In this document: one piece after another, positions 8,982 to 17,954 of the stretch
How the letters are laid out: each line of letters begins with the position of its first letter
Position numbering within the stretch: the first letter of the stretch is position 1
IMG/VR virus record: IMGVR_UViG_3300037461_001112
Location: 1 to 28,067 of that record
Strand: one strand, 5' to 3'
Length of the DNA: 28,067 nucleotides
Origin: a virus
Taxonomy: Duplodnaviria > Caudoviricetes
The notes under the pieces: generated by a model
What the model saw: only the letters and a program-made list of their open reading frames with translations
What the model was told of the DNA's origin: nothing
Database searches by the model: none
Translations under genes and position numbers: made by a program

Positions 8982-11914
8982 TGGTAACGCCCACGATTAG
9001 CTATACGGAACGGGATTACGAATCGGTGAAGCAGGCGCTGTTCAACTGGATCAAGCTGCGCTTTCCTAAAGATTGGCCCGAGTTCATGGAGACAACGGTA
9101 GCCAAGAACATTGTGGAAGTTGTGGCTTGGGCACATGGGCAGAGGGCATACTACTACGATGTGCAAGCGCGTAACTGCTATTTGGAAACCGCCGACCTGC
9201 CGGAAGCGGTCATGGCTCTGGCCAGGCAATTGGGATACCGCCGCCGGCTGGCGACCGCGGCCTCTGTCCCGGTTAAGCTTTATCCCAACCCGCCCCAAGC
9301 GGCCCCCATCACCATCCCCAAAGGGGCCATGATCGAGTTGGGGGAACTCGCATTTGAAGCCAGTGACACTTATGTCATTCCCGCCAGCTCCACCGTTTGG
9401 CCGGGTGAAGACGACACTGCCCTCGTCGTTTTTGTTGCGGGGCGGACACGGTCGGAAGAATTTGTTAGTGACGGCGCACCATATCAAGCTTTCCCGCTCG
9501 CACACACGGACATCATCGACGGTTCGATTACTGTGAGCGTACTCGGGGAAGAATGGCAAGAAGCGCCTTCCCTGATCCTAGTTGAGGGGAGCGGGCGCGG
9601 GCGGGACACTTTCATTGGCACTGGGGAGGACGGGCAAGTCTATACCCTTTCCGCCATGTATGCCATCATTGACCCCAACAATGAAAATACACTTGTGGTG
9701 ATGGTTGATGGGGAAAAGTGGCAACAGGTTGACGAATTTACTGAGGCACCTAAAGAGTTCCGCGCCACCCAAGATGTAAATGGCGTGACACAATTGCACT
9801 TTGGTGCTGCCGCCGATGGAGCAGCCCCAGAGGATTTGTCCGTAATTGACGTGCTGTACCAAATCACGGGGACGCAGAAGCGGTACACAGTAGACCTGGA
9901 CCGGGCCGGTTCGGCCACTATCCGCTTTGGCGGTGGGGAGCATGGTGTCATACCCCCAAGTGGTGCGGCAATTTCAATTTCTTACCGAACTGACGGCGGT
10001 GTGTCTGGGAACATCCGGCGCAGCCAACTCGATGGGACTGTCCGTGGCGTTCTTCCCAGCGGGGCGGAGGTCAACGTGCGCGCTTACAATTATGAGGCGG
10101 GCAGCGGTGGGGAAGAAATTGAAAGTCTGGAGCGTGTCAAGTTCCTGGCTCCCCGCTATGCCCAAGCTAATCAGCGCGCCGTCACGGGAGATGACTTCGC
10201 CGTTCTCGCCATGGCGTTTTCTGACGCTCGATATGGTGCCCCTGCATTTGCTTCTGTGCGCCTAAAACAAAGGGTGCCGGAACTCAATTTGGTGCAAGTT
10301 GCTTTGTGGAGCCGGGATAATTTAGGGAGAATCCACACGGCGTCTTCCCCTCTTAAGCAGGGGGTAAAATCCTTCCTGGACGCCAAGCGCACCATTTGTA
10401 CCTATCTCGAGATGGTTGACGGTGACGTCCTGTATTTCGACATACAGGCAAAAGTTTTGCTCCGTGGGGGGAGGACCACCTCATCCATGTTGTCCCCTGT
10501 GACCGCCACACTATTGCAGCACTTTAACAGCACATTTGTTGTGCCCGGGACCGACCTTTCGCTGGCCCTCCTTATCGAGAAACTTCTGTCCGTGGAATAT
10601 GTCGAGCTGACTGCTCTCGAACAGGTCGTCGGCTCGCGCCTGCAAAGTCTTGACCTTGGTCTTGGCGACGGCACAACTATGAATTTTTCTGGGGCATTCA
10701 CTGTTCCAGGTGGGGTTCAAATCGTTCCAGAAACTTTTGAGTTCTCGGACGGGAATATCAGCATCACCGATGATGGAGTGGGGAATTTGGTGGGGGCTAT
10801 AGATGAAACTGACCCTACCAAGAACAAGATCAACTATCTGACTGGGAAGTTTGACGTTTCCCTGGCGGCGGCCATACCACTCGATGCGGCAATATCTGCC
10901 GAAGCTAGAGTATATGCGTATGCCCCCTATGAAATGAGCGAGTTGCTGCCGGAAAATAAAATTGATGGGGTCGTGGAGTTCCCGGAAATTGTCCGGCGTC
11001 CCCCATATGGACTATGCTCTGGCATTTCCGTAAGCACGGTGCTGCCGGAGGAATTTCTGCCGTATACCCCGCACCGCTTGGTGTTCCTTGGTGGTTATGA
11101 CAACTATGGTACTCAACCTGGGGGGCAGCTCATAGCGTATGATGATGGGAATGGAACTGTTGTGGGGGACGTAGCCCCAGGGGGAACCGTCAACTATGAC
11201 ACCGGGCAAGTGAATTTCAACTGGAACACCACCCCGCCTCCGGTGGGGACTACAGATTATTGGGGGTATCTCTCCCCGATACCGGACGGAGTGCTAAAGC
11301 AATTTTCTTTCGTCGTCCGTACCTCCTCCGGAGGCGGAGGTTCACCCGTGAACTTGGTGACAGCTAATGCCCTGGGGCGGCTCAAATTCGTCCTCAGCGA
11401 TATGAACACGGTCAACGTGACCCATGAAGATGCGTATGACAATGGCCAGTCCGCCATCCACGGCCCAACTCTAGACCAAGTGGAGGTAAACGAGGTCGTG
11501 TACGCCGATCCCGGCCTGTCTTATGCAATCGGAACTCTGACCTTTCAAGTGGCCCCAGATCCGGTTGGGGGGAGAGATTTCAAGATCCAGTTGACGCCTA
11601 CCACCTTATTTCTGTACGCGGCGTTCTGCGCTTATCTTCCGGGTGCGTTGGGCTATGATAAGATTGTGGTGGCTGACAATATGGGGCATCTCTATGGGGA
11701 CGTGAGCGAAGCCTACCCCTATGCCCAAGTGGATCACCGCTGCGGGCGATATAAAGCGAATCTTACCAGTCCCAGCGCCGTCGGGCGCCAGATCACGATC
11801 AGTTACGATGGGCCGATTGGTTCCATAAGCCGTGATATACCAATCAGTCATTTGACGATGCCGACGCTGGCGCGTGTCAAACTCACCGAGATGGTACGGG
11901 AGGTAAACGTCTAA
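8981..11914 (+). CDS. Large baseplate wedge protein (baseplate J / T4 gp6-like) with C-terminal beta-domain extensions
   Basis: YTERDYES..., A..LGY, RFG.G.HG.IP..GA.I.ISYR..GG..GN, GG...ESLE..K..AP......RAVT..DF motifs. Confidence 0.92.
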   Translation: MVTPTISYTERDYESVKQALFNWIKLRFPKDWPEFMETTVAKNIVEVVAWAHGQRAYYYDVQARNCYLETADLPEAVMALARQLGYRRRLATAASVPVKLYPNPPQAAPITIPKGAMIELGELAFEASDTYVIPASSTVWPGEDDTALVVFVAGRTRSEEFVSDGAPYQAFPLAHTDIIDGSITVSVLGEEWQEAPSLILVEGSGRGRDTFIGTGEDGQVYTLSAMYAIIDPNNENTLVVMVDGEKWQQVDEFTEAPKEFRATQDVNGVTQLHFGAAADGAAPEDLSVIDVLYQITGTQKRYTVDLDRAGSATIRFGGGEHGVIPPSGAAISISYRTDGGVSGNIRRSQLDGTVRGVLPSGAEVNVRAYNYEAGSGGEEIESLERVKFLAPRYAQANQRAVTGDDFAVLAMAFSDARYGAPAFASVRLKQRVPELNLVQVALWSRDNLGRIHTASSPLKQGVKSFLDAKRTICTYLEMVDGDVLYFDIQAKVLLRGGRTTSSMLSPVTATLLQHFNSTFVVPGTDLSLALLIEKLLSVEYVELTALEQVVGSRLQSLDLGLGDGTTMNFSGAFTVPGGVQIVPETFEFSDGNISITDDGVGNLVGAIDETDPTKNKINYLTGKFDVSLAAAIPLDAAISAEARVYAYAPYEMSELLPENKIDGVVEFPEIVRRPPYGLCSGISVSTVLPEEFLPYTPHRLVFLGGYDNYGTQPGGQLIAYDDGNGTVVGDVAPGGTVNYDTGQVNFNWNTTPPPVGTTDYWGYLSPIPDGVLKQFSFVVRTSSGGGGSPVNLVTANALGRLKFVLSDMNTVNVTHEDAYDNGQSAIHGPTLDQVEVNEVVYADPGLSYAIGTLTFQVAPDPVGGRDFKIQLTPTTLFLYAAFCAYLPGALGYDKIVVADNMGHLYGDVSEAYPYAQVDHRCGRYKANLTSPSAVGRQITISYDGPIGSISRDIPISHLTMPTLARVKLTEMVREVNV

Positions 11915-13116
11915 TGGATATCAGCAACCACTTGCGAGTCGACTTGTACTCCAAACTTCTCCCGGCGATCATCAAAGAGGATATGGCGCATGGGGTCGAG
12001 TCCATCACCAACTTTTGGGACGATCCGGATTTTGTCTGGGACGAGGGAAAAATGTGGGATGAGCTGGGGATCCTCCCCGTCATCAAGAACTTGTTTTACT
12101 GCATCGAGCAAGAAGAGGTTGCAGATCTGCGCGAGATCGACCACTTGCGCGACTTGGTAGACCCCAATCTGGCGCCTGACAAGTTCTTGGATTACTTGGC
12201 CCTCACGTTGGGCCACCCACTAGAAGAGGGGCTTACCACCGAAGCGAAGCGGGAGGTGATTAGAAGCGTCATAGCCCTCAACAAAGTCCGAGGTCGGGAT
12301 TTATCCTGGCCGGTGTTCTTCCGCCTGCTCGGCTTTCAGGTTGTCAGCACTCCCTTGTGGAAAAAAAATGTGCATGAAGAAAATGACGACTACTCGCGCA
12401 CTCAGTATAAAACCGAGCAGATAATCGGGGAGGTTTTGGGCACACCTGGCCTCACGAATTATTCCGGCAGTGTGGGAGATGCCCCAATTCAACCCGGTTC
12501 TTTCCGGCTCCATGTCAATGGCCTCACCTTCCGAGACAATGGCGATAAGTTGTCTAGCGGGTATGGCACTCTAATTTCTCCTGACGGGAGCACGGGGCGG
12601 ATCAACTATGCGACGGGCAGGTACCAAGTGAACCTCGCGGCCGTTGCCGCCACAAATTTAGAAGCAGACTACAAGCACATCACGGAAGAGTTCCCGTACC
12701 ATGCTGCCAGGGTGGATTTAGAGTTGACGTTTTTTCTGAATGAGGAGCCAAGCACTGCTACAGAAAGCATCACTGAAGAGTTCTTGCACCGGGTCCTGGC
12801 CCGACTCGAGCTTGTGCGGCCAATACATGTTTTGGTGCGCTTGTTGATCGTCGTCCTCGACGCCCCAGAAGTGATAGACGGGTTCTGCACTGACACCATT
12901 TTTTGCGGACCAACCATGGGTAAGGATGTGCGCAGTGATGAGTACCGTTTTTACGCGGCGGATTTAGCCAGTGGGCCTGGTGACGCCGGGATGCTCATTG
13001 AGAGGACCGACACGACAAACGTAGACTTTTTAGAGGATGATCTGGTAAATTGGTGTCAAGTGCCCGACACGCTTACCATCGAGTTTTCAAACGGCGATCC
13101 GGCGCAATATTGGTGA
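11914..13116 (+). CDS. Baseplate wedge protein (P2 gpI / gp7-like)
   Basis: DP...P..FLDYLA..LG...KR..I......K.RG...LLG and a C-terminal VRPIHV motif; follows baseplate J. Confidence 0.8.
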   Translation: MDISNHLRVDLYSKLLPAIIKEDMAHGVESITNFWDDPDFVWDEGKMWDELGILPVIKNLFYCIEQEEVADLREIDHLRDLVDPNLAPDKFLDYLALTLGHPLEEGLTTEAKREVIRSVIALNKVRGRDLSWPVFFRLLGFQVVSTPLWKKNVHEENDDYSRTQYKTEQIIGEVLGTPGLTNYSGSVGDAPIQPGSFRLHVNGLTFRDNGDKLSSGYGTLISPDGSTGRINYATGRYQVNLAAVAATNLEADYKHITEEFPYHAARVDLELTFFLNEEPSTATESITEEFLHRVLARLELVRPIHVLVRLLIVVLDAPEVIDGFCTDTIFCGPTMGKDVRSDEYRFYAADLASGPGDAGMLIERTDTTNVDFLEDDLVNWCQVPDTLTIEFSNGDPAQYW

Positions 13117-13124
13117 GGTGAGCA

Positions 13125-13574
13125 ATGACAGACGAATATCGGTACTTCAATTTTGGCATACCGCGTGCACATTCTGCAGCTACAGCGCGGGAAATAGCAG
13201 ACAATCTGACGGCCCTGGCACAAAATAATTTCACTGTGGATGAGGGGCTCCCCCACAATCCGCGGAATGGAATGTTCAGGGTAAACGCCCTGGACAGCAC
13301 AAACGTGCGGCTGCAAATGTATTATGAGGGGGCGTGGCGCACGCTCATTGAAAATATTGAGTCAATTATAGGTGGGGTGCAGCGGAAAGAACAAGAGTTC
13401 GACACTTTGGCTGTGTGGATATTTGACCACAACCTCGGGCGTTTTCCAATCGTGCAAGTACTGTCTGACGTAGGTGAAGTGGTTCTGCCAGAAAAAATTG
13501 AGCATGCAAGTTTGAATCGCGTGATCGTGACGCATTCAGAAAACCAATCAGGGTCAATCATAGTCGTGGGGTAA
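13125..13574 (+). CDS. Small virion structural protein
   Basis: SD GAGG. P.NP..G......LQMY..GAW segment and a W...HNLGRFP.VQV domain, both typical of tail-associated proteins. Confidence 0.65.
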   Translation: MTDEYRYFNFGIPRAHSAATAREIADNLTALAQNNFTVDEGLPHNPRNGMFRVNALDSTNVRLQMYYEGAWRTLIENIESIIGGVQRKEQEFDTLAVWIFDHNLGRFPIVQVLSDVGEVVLPEKIEHASLNRVIVTHSENQSGSIIVVG

Positions 13575-13577
13575 GCA

Positions 13578-14378
13578 ATGGAAAAAAGTGCGTTTAAAGC
13601 ATGGCTACAAAAGAAAAAGGGGAAGGCTACGGCTTGTCTGGCGACTAAGGACGAGCAAAGAATAGTCGCTGAAGGCCACTTAGTGGTAGAGGCAACTTAC
13701 ACTGATGGGCGGAAAGAGATCTTGGTAGACGACCACAACATGGTAGTGCGCGCCGCGGAAGGAATGATGGCGATGATGAGCTTGGGGCTGCGCACGATGA
13801 ACTACATTGAACTCGGAGACCCCAGCCCCGTCTCCCCTCCTGATCTCGACGACACCGCCCTGGAGCAAACCACGGGAGAGCGCAAAGCGATCATTGGAAG
13901 CGTTTCTGGAAACCAGGCCCTATATGAGGCCACTTGGCTCACCACAGATGGCAACGGTTTCAATTTCACTGAATCGGGCCTATTCACCGACCCGTTTGGT
14001 ACGGGGACACTATTTGCGCGAAAGACATTCTCCCCGATCAGCAAAAACGCCAGTTTTGCCCTGACTTTTAAATGGGCAATTGGTTTTAGAGTGGCGGACA
14101 TTGCCGGGGGTTGTACGGGGGTGGCTCTGCTGGGCTCGTCCACGATTACGCAGGACTACCTATTCACTGCAGTGGGGGGTGAAACCCAAGCCGTACTGCC
14201 GATCGACTTCATCGTTGGTGGCAAGCAGCTCGACATATTCCTCAATGGTCAACGCCTCGTGTACAATGCGCAGTACTACGAGAGTTCTATTGGCATGGTG
14301 TCGAAAGGGATTACTCTAATTGGTTTCACGCTGAAGGCCGGCGACGAAATTTACGCCGTAAACAGGAAATTGGCATAG
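13578..14378 (+). CDS. Putative baseplate/tail-fibre attachment protein
   Basis: HNMVV..G...IELG...NG..FTESGLF....LFARKTF.PI.K......KW.I pattern, plus a C-terminal LDIFLNGQRL..Y beta-domain. Confidence 0.7.
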   Translation: MEKSAFKAWLQKKKGKATACLATKDEQRIVAEGHLVVEATYTDGRKEILVDDHNMVVRAAEGMMAMMSLGLRTMNYIELGDPSPVSPPDLDDTALEQTTGERKAIIGSVSGNQALYEATWLTTDGNGFNFTESGLFTDPFGTGTLFARKTFSPISKNASFALTFKWAIGFRVADIAGGCTGVALLGSSTITQDYLFTAVGGETQAVLPIDFIVGGKQLDIFLNGQRLVYNAQYYESSIGMVSKGITLIGFTLKAGDEIYAVNRKLA

Positions 14379-14387
14379 GAGAAAAGC

Positions 14388-15569
14388 ATGTCTATCAAGA
14401 GAATACCGCCGCGTCAGCTCGAGCTGGGCTCCTTGCAGTATTTTGAGCCACTGGCGGAAGACCCGGTAGGGAACCAGCTCGCTCTACGCGAGGGGTGGGT
14501 CAAAAATCAAGAGACGCTGGTCTACAAGGCCGCGCAATTCTCTGTGGCGTTTACCCCCGTGACGGCCGGAAACGTGCGCTGGGATCTGGTGTATTTGGAC
14601 CCGGACGGTTCGGTGCAAACGGCGGCTGGCACTCAAGTAGTAAGCGGTTCACCAGAATTTACCGGGGCGGCGGATCCGCCTGCATACGCATTCCCCATTG
14701 CCTACGTGAAAATTGATGAGACTGGGGCTGTGCTTGTTGAAGATGCGGACATTACAGATCTTCGCCCCAAATCGAATATTTGTGAGGATGCCACATATTC
14801 CAACAACTACGGGATTACCAATGGGGAATATTATGGGGAGTCCATCGGCAAAATTGACGCAGTCACGCAATACTCGGACGCCTACGCCGGAAAGCCGGAT
14901 AAGACCTCGGTGCTCCCCGTGTACACCGATTTCAGCGCGCCAGAGTACGCAATTGCTGACGACCAGCCGCTAGTGGAAGGGGTGGCTAACCTAGATATAG
15001 AGGCCGACCGTGTCAAAACTTTTGTCGGGAAAGCGAGCTTGTCAGAAACGCTTCCGGACTATTCGGGAGAGACCACGCATCATTATATCGACCCCAACGA
15101 TCCGCTTTGCCCTGCGGTGGGGAAACTAGACCAAGCACTCTATGACTCACTCGTTTCCTTCACAGTGGCAGGATCCGTTCTCTGGTTCGCCGCTGATACT
15201 CCCCCTGCCGGGACCCTTGTGTGTAATGGGGCGCTACTGCTTGTGGCCGATTACCCCGCGCTGTTCTCCGTGATTGGGTACACGTTTGGCGGATCCGGGC
15301 TGGATTTCAACCTGCCAGACCTGCGAGGTGAATTCATCCGCGGTTGGGATGCTGGGAAGGGGACAGACCCCGGGCGTCTGTTTGGCTCCTATCAAGCGGA
15401 CGAATTCGAGAGCCACACGCATAGAGCCAAGGCAACTGGAACTCCGGGAGCCGGATCAATGCTCGTAACAAACGTCGGGCCAGCGTGGACATCGAGTCTG
15501 ATAGAGGCGACGGGGGGAACTGAAACTCGTCCCCGCAACATCGCGCTCCTCCCCTGCATAAAATATTAA
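14388..15569 (+). CDS. Tail fibre protein with phage tail-collar domain
   Basis: Classic collar motif GSV.WFA..TPPAG.LVCNG......YPALFSVIG..FG.....FNLPDLRGEFIRGWD.G..D.GR..GS.Q.D....HTH and terminal ETRPRNIALLPCIKY. Confidence 0.92.
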   Translation: MSIKRIPPRQLELGSLQYFEPLAEDPVGNQLALREGWVKNQETLVYKAAQFSVAFTPVTAGNVRWDLVYLDPDGSVQTAAGTQVVSGSPEFTGAADPPAYAFPIAYVKIDETGAVLVEDADITDLRPKSNICEDATYSNNYGITNGEYYGESIGKIDAVTQYSDAYAGKPDKTSVLPVYTDFSAPEYAIADDQPLVEGVANLDIEADRVKTFVGKASLSETLPDYSGETTHHYIDPNDPLCPAVGKLDQALYDSLVSFTVAGSVLWFAADTPPAGTLVCNGALLLVADYPALFSVIGYTFGGSGLDFNLPDLRGEFIRGWDAGKGTDPGRLFGSYQADEFESHTHRAKATGTPGAGSMLVTNVGPAWTSSLIEATGGTETRPRNIALLPCIKY

Positions 15570-15578
15570 GGAGATATC

Positions 15579-16238
15579 ATGAGCCTTACAAAAGTTGTCT
15601 ATGCCTACACCCCGGACGGCGGCTACTACCTTGGGGAGACAGTGGCATTCGCCTGCCCCGTCTCCGCCGGCCGAGGGGAAGAAAAATTTTTGATGCCCAG
15701 GAACACCACTGGAGTCAAGCCACCTAGTGTTGCAAATGGGCAGTATGCGCGGTGGGACGGCGCACAATGGAGCGTACACCAAATTGTTCCTAATTATGTC
15801 TCGTGTACGACTAGCGCGCCCTTAAACAAAGGAAGGTTTGCGCAAGAAGTACTTGCCGCGTTCGGGGCCGAATCGTCCCTGACCGGCACTGAAGAAGAGC
15901 TATCGTCAACCTCCCAGAAGACGATTCACGTCGACGGTGTTCCCGGGACCCCTGAAAACATCGTGACCTTAGTCGCGCTGGTCAATGCCCATAATTATCA
16001 AGCGGCCCAGCTAGACGTGCTACGCGGGCAAAGGAACACGCGCTTATCCGCCGCTGACTGGATCGTGCAGCGTCATCTGGAGCAGCGGGAGCTTGTGACT
16101 CTCGGACAGCTCGGCCAAACAAGCATTTCAGAACAAAAATTCGCCGAGTGGCTGCAGTACAAGCAGCAGTTACGGGACTATGTGGCGGGGGTGTCCGATG
16201 TGGATGATCCCCCTGATTTCCCAGCAACCCCTTCATAA
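15579..16238 (+). CDS. Tail fibre assembly chaperone
   Basis: N-terminal YAY...G.YLGE..A...P....LMP.N.T...PP......WDG..W and C-terminal R..RN..L...DW...W..YKQ.LRD......FP..P motifs. Directly follows the fibre gene. Confidence 0.85.
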   Translation: MSLTKVVYAYTPDGGYYLGETVAFACPVSAGRGEEKFLMPRNTTGVKPPSVANGQYARWDGAQWSVHQIVPNYVSCTTSAPLNKGRFAQEVLAAFGAESSLTGTEEELSSTSQKTIHVDGVPGTPENIVTLVALVNAHNYQAAQLDVLRGQRNTRLSAADWIVQRHLEQRELVTLGQLGQTSISEQKFAEWLQYKQQLRDYVAGVSDVDDPPDFPATPS

Positions 16239-16249
16239 GGAGTACTTTC

Positions 16250-16498
16250 ATGCGTTGGATAGTGATTGCAGCGATGATGATTTTCATTTGTGGTAGCGGC
16301 TGCTCAGAATTCAGCGAGTACGTCGCCGCCGACAAAGCCACTTTCGAGGCGATCTCGCCGGAGTATCTGGAGTACCTACAGAAAGACGCCGCCTTGGATG
16401 ACGAGCAGAAAGAGCGCCGGAAAAATTTGGTGGAGACGTGGCGTATGCGCATCGAAGGCGCGGAGCAATCTGTGGAGCAGCCAGCGGAGGAACCCTGA
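16250..16498 (+). CDS. Small lipoprotein
   Basis: SD AAGGAG. Signal peptide MRWIVIAAMMIFICGSG-C with a lipobox-like GSGC, followed by a charged helical mature part. Confidence 0.75.
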   Translation: MRWIVIAAMMIFICGSGCSEFSEYVAADKATFEAISPEYLEYLQKDAALDDEQKERRKNLVETWRMRIEGAEQSVEQPAEEP

Positions 16499-16818
16499 TG
16501 GAAGAGGTAAAATTTCAAGACGAGATCGTCCAAAATTTTAAGGATTTGGTTGGGACCACTTGGGACGCCATGCCCGAAAAGGAAAAGAAGTTGCTCCAGG
16601 CCTTGGCTAAAGATGCGGCAAAACTGCATTTTAAAGCCCTGACGTCCAGCGCCCCACTGGACCGGGAGATTGCGATCGTGAACGCCTCCCTGGGCAACTT
16701 CACCGTCGCTAAATATTTCTCTGTGAAGAAAGTGTTCTGGCAAGCCGTTGAGCGCGCAGCGACCATCGCCGTTCAGGCGCTAGTCAAAGCGGCGCTGGGT
16801 GCTGTAATCGCTATCTAG
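16498..16818 (+). CDS. Hypothetical helical protein (106 aa) with apolar C-terminus
   Basis: Start corrected to ATG 16498 (TGATG overlap, GGAGG SD at 16486-16490). Last gene before the terminator. Confidence 0.75.
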   Translation: MEEVKFQDEIVQNFKDLVGTTWDAMPEKEKKLLQALAKDAAKLHFKALTSSAPLDREIAIVNASLGNFTVAKYFSVKKVFWQAVERAATIAVQALVKAALGAVIAI

Positions 16819-16832
16819 CTTGTAGTACACTT
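16819..16832. repeat. 14-bp inverted repeat, copy 2 (CTTGTAGTACACTT)
   Basis: Exact reverse complement of 2127-2140. Starts immediately after the last late-gene stop codon. Confidence 0.75.
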
Positions 16833-16850
16833 TTTAAACACACCACGAAG

Positions 16851-16877
16851 TGGCTGGGAAACCCAGCCATTATTTTT
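16851..16877 (+). terminator. Rho-independent terminator of the late tail operon
   Basis: TGGCTGGG-AAA-CCCAGCCA perfect 8-bp stem followed by TTATTTTT. Confidence 0.85.
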
Positions 16878-16887
16878 GCAAAAAGTC

Positions 16888-16915
16888 TTGACAAGCAGCA
16901 TTTTATTGGTACAAT
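16888..16915 (+). promoter_or_regulatory. Sigma70-type promoter P1
   Basis: TTGACA-16 nt-TACAAT with extended -10 TG and A/T tracts upstream (UP-like). Confidence 0.85.
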
Positions 16916-16921
16916 CGGGGA

Positions 16922-17761
16922 ATGGACACATTTTTTACCTATTCCACCATGTGCCGACCAAAAGAGGGGGCGCCTTTCAATCGCGGGCCAGGGGAGAAGA
17001 CGTATCTGGCTTTCTTCCCGACAGCGGATAGGGTCAGCTCGGCCCTGGAAGCAATCCCCCAGTTCGAAGAGGTTTTAACCACCCGCATTTACCGCAATGA
17101 TTTCCCCGAGCACCCCCGCACCCCATTGCACTCGCTAGATTCCATCGCAGATGTCTTCCAAAATTGCCAACGATGTACCCTTTCCCACCACCGCATTTTC
17201 TTTGTCTCTCACAGGGGAGACGACGCGGCGAAGGTGGTACTTTTGGGGCAATCTCCCGGGCATGATGAAGACACCTCCGGGTTCCCCTTTGTTGGGAAAT
17301 CAGGGCGGTTGCTCGATGAGATGCTGGCGGAAGCACGTTTCCCACCATGCCTACTGCTAAATTTAGTAGGCTGCCGCCCGGATGATGGCAATGGGCGAGA
17401 GCGCACCGACCCGACTTTGGGGGAGATGACGGCGTGTGCGCAGCGCCTGTGGGCTATGCTTACGGTCATAAGACCAAAAATCGTCATTGCCCTTGGGCTG
17501 CTCCCGGCATGTGTCTTCTTCGGGACACCGAGCGCTGCGCGCAAGATTCCCCGTAACTACTTCCTGCACTCTGGCAGCGTCCTGATTGCTCACACCTTCC
17601 ACCCCGCCTTTCTTCTACGAAGGATTCAGGCGGGATCGGAAGACGACATGCTGGAAGAGATCGAATTCTTCCGTAAGGTCGTGAATTTACCCGTAACTTC
17701 TACGGGCGAAAATTGGCATTTAGAAGGTGGTTTGAAATTTGTGGGGGCGGCTAGATGGTAG
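16922..17761 (+). CDS. udg: Uracil-DNA glycosylase family 4 (4Fe-4S; SPO1 polymerase-related domain)
   Basis: CQRC.L, LGQSPG..ED..G.PFVGKSG.LL, NLVGCRP, C, and HTFHPAFLLR motifs. Confidence 0.9.
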   Translation: MDTFFTYSTMCRPKEGAPFNRGPGEKTYLAFFPTADRVSSALEAIPQFEEVLTTRIYRNDFPEHPRTPLHSLDSIADVFQNCQRCTLSHHRIFFVSHRGDDAAKVVLLGQSPGHDEDTSGFPFVGKSGRLLDEMLAEARFPPCLLLNLVGCRPDDGNGRERTDPTLGEMTACAQRLWAMLTVIRPKIVIALGLLPACVFFGTPSAARKIPRNYFLHSGSVLIAHTFHPAFLLRRIQAGSEDDMLEEIEFFRKVVNLPVTSTGENWHLEGGLKFVGAARW

Positions 17762-17903
17762 AAATCAATTCTTTGGGGCCAAATCTCGACGCTGCCGCAT
17801 TGTTGCCCATCTTTGGGTATGTTTGCACATAAAATGTGGTAGTTTTACGTTGGCGGGCTTTAAAACATGGGGAAAACAATACGTCCGATTAACGTGTTGT
17901 CTA

Positions 17904-17954
17904 ACAGCACCTTGCGCACTTGTGCGTTGACCCTGCGTGACGGAAAAGTTACGG
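17904..17954. repeat. Left arm of perfect 51-bp inverted repeat
   Basis: ACAGCACCTTGCGCACTTGTGCGTTGACCCTGCGTGACGGAAAAGTTACGG is the exact reverse complement of 18281-18331. Confidence 0.97.

Noticed and set aside
1-16818. Extracellular contractile injection system, tailocin or T6SS
   Set aside because: The tail genes are contiguous with a full phage DNA replication module, and no eCIS ATPase, effector or T6SS membrane complex is seen.
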